Positions 27,162 through 32,000 of a stretch of DNA of 32,000 bases are shown here, one piece after another. The notes below the pieces were generated by a model, which saw only the letters and a list, made by a program, of their open reading frames with translations, made no database searches and was not told where the DNA came from. A program made the position numbers and the translations under genes. This stretch comes from Ktedonobacterales bacterium (lineage in GTDB: Bacteria; Chloroflexota; Ktedonobacteria; Ktedonobacterales; JADMIN01). Numbering within the stretch: position 1 is the first letter of the stretch; every line of letters starts with the position of its first letter. The stretch is from positions 4,080,001 to 4,112,000 of the forward strand of contig CP126532.1 of assembly GCA_030167145.1 (NCBI GenBank). The letters run 5' to 3'.

Positions 27162-28187
27162 ATGCCAGCGCGATTCTGTCCATTCTGCGGAACGTCGCTT
27201 GAGGGCATATCCGCGGCGTTTTGTCCCCGGTGCGGGCGGCAGCTACCCGATGTCACTCCTACCAAATTCGTCCCCGTCGAGGTTGCTCCACACGTAACTC
27301 CCGCACCCAGCGCCGCGCCGCAAGTGGCGCGGCCCGCGTCCGTGCCCACGGCGCCCATCGGCGATTCCACCACGTCCGCGCCTGCGCCTGTGGGAGCGAC
27401 GCCTCTGCCCACCTATCCGCCTGCTGCGCGGGCGCAAGCCTACGCGCCCCCATCTGCACTTCCCGCCGCCGTGGCTTCCACCCCGTCGCTAGAGCCGCGT
27501 ATGTCAGTGGCCGCTCCGGCGTCCGTGCCGAACACAAAGACGGCTACGAAGACGGATACGCGCATGGTACGTATCGCGCTGGTCTTCATTATTACTGCCG
27601 CCTGCGCCGCGCTCCCCGGAGCCAGCAAGTCACGTTTGGATGACGCCTTCTACGCGGTCTTCAATTTCGCCTTTTTCTCGCCATTTGTACTGGCCAGCGT
27701 CTTCTGGCTGGCCAGCAGACTGCTGTCTCGGCAGCGCTTCGGGGCAGTGCTGGCGCAGGTGTTGCTCGCTTCTGCCGCGCTGCTGCTGGTGATGCCGATC
27801 ATCCGGGCGAGCGAGTTGACACTCTTCGCGGGCGTGCAGTCAGATCGCTTCGCCTGGCTGGGGCGCTTGCGTACACATCCTACATTGCTGCTCTGGGGGA
27901 TCGTCTTCACGCTGGCCTGCGCGCTGCTTGGCTCGCTGCTGGCGCTGCTTCTGGTGCGCTGGGCGGCATCTCAGTCGCGGGACACGAAGGAGAACTTCTT
28001 TCTCGCCTATCTCATGCCACTGGCAGGCAGCCTGGGGCTGTTCGTAGTCTTATATGCCACCGCTCTCAGTGTTCCGGCATTTGCACACACCGTGGGCGCG
28101 GGGCTGCGCTGGATGACCGCGACTGCCATCCTGATCGCGCTGATCGCCTGCCTGTTGTATGTGCGTGACGTGCGGCGAAGCGCCTGA
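27162..28187 (+). CDS. Zinc-ribbon membrane protein (N-terminal CxxC...CxxC, Pro/Ala linker, about 6 TM)
   Basis: AGGAGA RBS before the ATG at 27162. N-terminus MPARFCPFCGTSLEGISAAFCPRCGRQLP. A low-complexity linker of about 100 aa is followed by multiple hydrophobic helices. Confidence 0.7.
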   Translation: MPARFCPFCGTSLEGISAAFCPRCGRQLPDVTPTKFVPVEVAPHVTPAPSAAPQVARPASVPTAPIGDSTTSAPAPVGATPLPTYPPAARAQAYAPPSALPAAVASTPSLEPRMSVAAPASVPNTKTATKTDTRMVRIALVFIITAACAALPGASKSRLDDAFYAVFNFAFFSPFVLASVFWLASRLLSRQRFGAVLAQVLLASAALLLVMPIIRASELTLFAGVQSDRFAWLGRLRTHPTLLLWGIVFTLACALLGSLLALLLVRWAASQSRDTKENFFLAYLMPLAGSLGLFVVLYATALSVPAFAHTVGAGLRWMTATAILIALIACLLYVRDVRRSA

Positions 28188-28248
28188 TACAGCGATGTGG
28201 CGCACACGATGTGGATTATGCCTGGTGTAGAGCGCAGCGGCGGACAGC

Positions 28249-29598
28249 TTACGCCGGTACGAGCGCGGGCGCTGGCTCCAGTGTCATGGCGATGCCGTAC
28301 TTGGGACGCAGCGTGACTCGCGGGCGCGGCACAACCGGAAAGCCAGAGACGAGTTGTGGGGTGTAGCGCTGGAGGATTGTCGCCAGCAGCAGCCGCGCCT
28401 CAAGCTGGGCAAAGGGCATGCCGATGCATATGCGCGGGCCGCCACCAAAGGGGAAATAGGCACCGGATGGTATGCTTTCGCCGCGCGCTGGATCCCACCG
28501 TTCGGGGCGGAATGTGTCGGGATCGCCCCACACATCGGGGAGGCGGTGGATTACCCACTGGCTGAACAGTACAAGTGTGCCCGCAGGGAAAGTATAGCCT
28601 TCCAGGTCGAACGCCTCAATCGCACGTCGTCCTTGTGTCCAGGCGGGCGGATACAGGCGCATGGACTCGGTGACGACCCAATCGAGATAGGGCAGTCGTG
28701 CGATGTCGTCCACCGTCGGGTCGCGCCCCGCGAGCACCGTGTGTAGTTCGGCCAGCAGCTTTGCACGCACGGCGGGATGCTCGGAGAGCAAGTAGAAGGT
28801 CCATGCGAGGGCGTTGGCGGTGGTCTCGTGGCCCGCCGCGAAGAGTGTCATCGTTTGGTCGCGTACCTGCGTATCGCTGAACGCCGCGCCATCGTCGTCG
28901 CGCGCCGCCAGCAGCATCGAAAGCACGTCACCCGTGTCGCGCCCCTCCGCGCGCCGCCGGGTAATCAGCCCGTAGACGTAGGCATCCAGGGTTCTGCGCC
29001 CCGCCATGTTCTTGCCATAGGGAGTAAATGGCAGGTCAAGCTGGATGGAAGCGATAGACCAGGGGATCTGGGTGGGATTCTCGATGACCTGCCGGAACGC
29101 CTGCCCCAGTTGCGCGTTTTCGGCCTTCAGGTCTACGTCGAAGAGCGCCTTCGCGACGATGCGCAGTGTCAGTTCTTGCATGGCGCGGGCGATGTCTATA
29201 CGTGCGCCGGATTGCCATTCGTCCAGCATGTCGCACGTATGCCGCACCATGATGTCGGCGTAGCTCTCGACACGGCGCTTGTGAAACGCGGGCTGCACCA
29301 GCCGCCGCTGCTGACGGTGGAACTCGCCGTCGGAGGTGAGCAAACCATCACCCAGCAGCCGTCGCAGACCGCGTGCGACCTCGCGATTGGTGAAATTGCG
29401 CGGCTGCTCGATCAAGAAGTAGCGTACATGCTCCGGGCGAAAAAACATCACCACCGGAAATCCGGCGAACCGCACCGTGGCGACGCTGCCGAAGGCGCGC
29501 TGTGCGCCGCGCACGAACGCCAGCGGATCGCGCCGGAACTGAAACGCATTGCCGAAGTAGGGCAGCCCCTCTGGCCCTGGGGGTAACACCGGTTGCAT
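28249..29598 (-). CDS. Cytochrome P450 monooxygenase
   Basis: Heme-ligand loop FGGGPRICIGMPFA, I-helix AGHETT, ExxR ESMRLYPP, N-terminal PPGPEGLPYFGN. GGGAGG lies 9 nt before the ATG at 29598-29596. The 56 extra N-terminal codons in the ORF track read through a tandem repeat and are rejected. Confidence 0.92.
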   Translation of the reverse strand: MQPVLPPGPEGLPYFGNAFQFRRDPLAFVRGAQRAFGSVATVRFAGFPVVMFFRPEHVRYFLIEQPRNFTNREVARGLRRLLGDGLLTSDGEFHRQQRRLVQPAFHKRRVESYADIMVRHTCDMLDEWQSGARIDIARAMQELTLRIVAKALFDVDLKAENAQLGQAFRQVIENPTQIPWSIASIQLDLPFTPYGKNMAGRRTLDAYVYGLITRRRAEGRDTGDVLSMLLAARDDDGAAFSDTQVRDQTMTLFAAGHETTANALAWTFYLLSEHPAVRAKLLAELHTVLAGRDPTVDDIARLPYLDWVVTESMRLYPPAWTQGRRAIEAFDLEGYTFPAGTLVLFSQWVIHRLPDVWGDPDTFRPERWDPARGESIPSGAYFPFGGGPRICIGMPFAQLEARLLLATILQRYTPQLVSGFPVVPRPRVTLRPKYGIAMTLEPAPALVPA

Positions 29599-29630
29599 TG
29601 GCCTCTGCCTCCCTGTGTCGTTTGACCTGT

Positions 29631-29712
29631 TGGCGCACCACCTGCTCGCACACAATGGCGCACCACCTGCTCGCACACAATGGCGCACCACCTGCTCGCA
29701 CACAATGGCGCA
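29631..29712. repeat. Perfect 25-bp tandem repeat x3.3 (TGGCGCACCACCTGCTCGCACACAA) in the P450 upstream region
   Basis: Identical copies at 29631-29655, 29656-29680 and 29681-29705, a partial copy TGGCGCA at 29706-29712, and a degenerate relic TGGCGCACTGCTCGCGCGAA at 29738-29757. CGCAC recurs every 12-13 bp. Confidence 0.95.
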
Positions 29713-29781
29713 GTAACATGAGCCTCGCCTCACATTTTGGCGCACTGCTCGCGCGAAGTCAAGCACAACGGTACGGGTACG

Positions 29782-31266
29782 CTACATCGGCGCCGGTATC
29801 CAGCAGAGATTGTCCCGTGCGAGAATGCCTTCATCCACCTGCGCCTGCCAGGGAGGATCAGGCATTCCGGGCACGACAACGAGCGTACCGTGATGATTGG
29901 TGGGCGAAGGGTCATCGCAGGCGTATGCGAGCAGGTTGACCGTCGCGCCAGCCTGATGCGCCCACGCTGGATCGGTGCATCCTGGGCGGCTCATAGTATC
30001 CGCCGGTGAACGCGCGGCGAAACTGGGCGTATGTGAGAGCGCCGCCAGCGCCACCATATAGATCGAAGATTTGCCCGATGCGTTGGCGTTTGATGCGAAC
30101 GCGAGCAACAGGCTGTCTGGCGACCATGCGGGACGCCAGGATGGAGCATAGCCGGAGAGGTAGCGCGCTCCGGTCCATGGATTTTGCACCGGCAGGCAAC
30201 CATGCGCGGGTAACGCGACGATGTCATTCAGCCTTCCCGCCGCGCGCTGGAAGGCGAGCCAGCGACCATCAGGCGAACAAGCGGGCCATGCGTCATTCGC
30301 CTCGTTCGTCACCTGCTCCTGCGCGCCTGTGTCGGGCGAGAGCGCGACTAGCCCGGCGCTTCCGTTATAGAGCAGCCAGTTGCCATCAGGCGACCAGGCG
30401 AGCGTGGAGCATGGCGAGCAATCGCCGACCAACATACGCGGACCGGCGCCGGCGACCTCCAGCCAGCCATCGCGTGTTGCGCTCAATTGCGCCAGCCACA
30501 GGCTGGATTTCCCGCCTGCGCCAGAGATAAACGCCAGGATGTGTGTACGCGGCGCATAGACCGGAGAAAATAGTGCCGAAAATACGTCCGCTGTTGCCGG
30601 TGTGGGGGTTCCACCTTCCAGGCTTGCCTCCGTGGGCCAGAGGACGCGCCATGCCCCAGTACGCGCATTGACCTCGCCCAGAATGCGCGGCTCGCCGACG
30701 ACCCACTGCCGCGCAACGAACCACCCGTCCAGGCGCACTGCATCTAGCGAACGTATCCCCAGACCCAGCGGCGCATCGAGAACACCGCGCACGCCGCACG
30801 CGAGGATGATCGTCAGCAACGCCAGCGCCACCGCGAAGGTCTGCCGCACCGTGGGGCGCGCGGCCTGCCAGTGTGTCTGGTGTATGTCGCGGCGCTTCGA
30901 TTCGGGCAGGGCAGGGTAAGTAAGACGATCTGGTGGCGACTGTTGCGCTGAAGCTGGCTCAACCGCGAGCGCACCGGCGTTTGACGCTTTCTTCGCTGCC
31001 ACCGCGGTCTCGGCATCCCTATGGAGGGCGTCAAGCTTCTCACGTTCGGCGGCGTCGAGCCCCAGCGCTCCAACGATGCGCTTATACGCGGCGACAGGAG
31101 GTACGCGTTCACCCTCGTACTTGCGAATCGTGATCGTAACATAGCCCGCTTTCGCGCCCAGTTCTGCCTGTGTGAGGCCCGCACGATCACGATAACTCTT
31201 GAGCGCGTTCCAGAACGCGCGCTCCTCACGCGTCTCATCCGCAGTCGTCTCGTCGTCTGTTTTCAT
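29782..31266 (-). CDS. Membrane-tethered XRE-family HTH protein with an extracytoplasmic PD40/TolB-like beta-propeller
   Basis: HTH region RDRAGLTQAELGAKAGYVTITIRKYEGERVP. Single TM FAVALALLTIILACGV. PD40-type repeats AWSPDGNWLLY, ACSPDGRWLAFQ, AWSPDSLLLAFAS. Confidence 0.8.
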   Translation of the reverse strand: MKTDDETTADETREERAFWNALKSYRDRAGLTQAELGAKAGYVTITIRKYEGERVPPVAAYKRIVGALGLDAAEREKLDALHRDAETAVAAKKASNAGALAVEPASAQQSPPDRLTYPALPESKRRDIHQTHWQAARPTVRQTFAVALALLTIILACGVRGVLDAPLGLGIRSLDAVRLDGWFVARQWVVGEPRILGEVNARTGAWRVLWPTEASLEGGTPTPATADVFSALFSPVYAPRTHILAFISGAGGKSSLWLAQLSATRDGWLEVAGAGPRMLVGDCSPCSTLAWSPDGNWLLYNGSAGLVALSPDTGAQEQVTNEANDAWPACSPDGRWLAFQRAAGRLNDIVALPAHGCLPVQNPWTGARYLSGYAPSWRPAWSPDSLLLAFASNANASGKSSIYMVALAALSHTPSFAARSPADTMSRPGCTDPAWAHQAGATVNLLAYACDDPSPTNHHGTLVVVPGMPDPPWQAQVDEGILARDNLCWIPAPM

Positions 31267-31670
31267 GGCCGTGCGCCCCCTTCTGCCGCCCGGTCATCCA
31301 CCTCTTCGCCTGCGACATATGGTGTCCTCTGGGCACCTGCTACACGCCGCGCGCCGCTATCCCACACCGTCATTTCGCCCGCTGTATCGCTCTAGTATCG
31401 CTTGTATCTCTGGAATTTCCGCTGTTCCCACCGCACACTCAAGATGCCAGCGCGGAACGGGTAGCCACCGCTTCGGGCTGGCGCCGTACCGACCGGGTGG
31501 GTACTGCTCTTTCCGCATTTCGCGCCATAGGCCGTATATCACCTTCTAGCGCCGATGGAGCTGGACGCGAACCAGCGGCCGTGGCGAAGCGCCACGGATG
31601 CCAACCACCCATACATCAGCCATATATCGGTGACACGAAGCGGAAAGGAGCAACAGCGTATGCCGTATAG

Positions 31671-31871
31671 CTAATCGCCCTTCCAGGTAGCGAAAGAGCC
31701 TGAATCCGCCGGGTACCAGCCGCGCGGCTCAAGCTCTCTCGAAGCGTCTTCCTGGCGCTGCGTTGCGCAGCTCGCGCACATTCCCTCGAATGGTTTTTTC
31801 ACAGCCTCCACAGGAGTCGCATCAAGCGTATGATACAGATGCTTTCCCGTGGCGCGCAAGTCCGCGCGCAT
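31671..31871 (-). CDS. Hypothetical 66-aa ORF (weak support)
   Basis: It is the only ORF in a stretch of about 600 bp. It has moderate GC3 but no convincing RBS and no recognisable motif. Confidence 0.2.
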   Translation of the reverse strand: MRADLRATGKHLYHTLDATPVEAVKKPFEGMCASCATQRQEDASRELEPRGWYPADSGSFATWKGD

Positions 31872-32000
31872 TCACGGCACAATTCTCGCTGTTCTCTCGT
31901 TCGCCCACAGCATGCGCGGCTGCGCGCAGTGCGTCGCTGGGTGCTCTCCGCCACACTGGCGGTGGCGCTCGCCAGCGGTGTCTCGCTGCCCGGCCTCGTG

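Noticed and set aside
29599-29766. 56-codon N-terminal extension of the P450 ORF
   Set aside because: It reads through the 25-bp tandem repeat, giving CAIVCEQVVRHCVRAGGAPL-type frame-rotating sequence. The ATG at 29598 has a GGGAGG RBS and begins the canonical PPGP-containing N-terminus.
31645-31674. AAGGAG followed 9 nt later by a 4-codon ORF (MPYS-stop)
   Set aside because: It is too short to evaluate and overlaps the end of the weak 31671-31871 ORF. It could be a chance SD-like sequence.
31929-32000. Possible 5' end of a plus-strand gene (GTG, then RRWVLSATLAVALASGVSLPGLV, which resembles a signal peptide)
   Set aside because: Only 24 codons are visible, there is no RBS, and a competing ATG at 31912 lies in another frame. 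The evidence is insufficient to call it.

Overview
This is a high-GC bacterial chromosomal segment. Sampled 60-nt lines in genes give about 65% GC. GGAGG-type ribosome-binding sites (RBSs) and the domain repertoire fit a Chloroflexota- or Actinomycetota-like organism, but the taxon cannot be fixed from sequence alone. I support about 26 protein-coding genes. They are a truncated Nudix hydrolase coupled to murD; a 1269-aa cytoplasmic PAS/GAF histidine kinase; a DeaD-type DEAD-box helicase; two BNR/Asp-box repeat proteins; a DUF2252 protein; the bifunctional NAD(P)HX repair enzyme Nnr; and an OmpR/HisKA two-component pair flanked by two ABC exporters. The rest are an AT-richer VapC (PIN) toxin-antitoxin islet; an orphan OmpR regulator followed by a DUF4097-like beta-helical membrane protein; a zinc-ribbon membrane protein; a cytochrome P450; and a membrane-tethered XRE-HTH/PD40 beta-propeller protein. 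I found no tRNA or rRNA genes, CRISPR array, transposase or integrase. The main unexplained structure is the 1257-bp gene-free gap at 11828-13084. Its core (12121-12897) is a strand-locked, hierarchically repeated array. It contains about 19 immediately duplicated 9-10 bp words, 18 same-strand copies of GGC[A/C]ACT, 4 exact copies of one 22-mer, 3 copies of one 25-mer, a 3 x 44 bp tandem array carrying an 8-bp-arm palindrome, and a module of about 106-133 bp repeated three times. It is neither coding, CRISPR, nor an obvious transposon, so it may be a multi-site protein-binding platform or a repeat-rich leader or ncRNA. The second notable structure is a perfect 25-bp x 3.3 tandem repeat immediately upstream of the P450 gene. 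All calls come from reading the sequence and ORF track by eye; no database search or computation was run.
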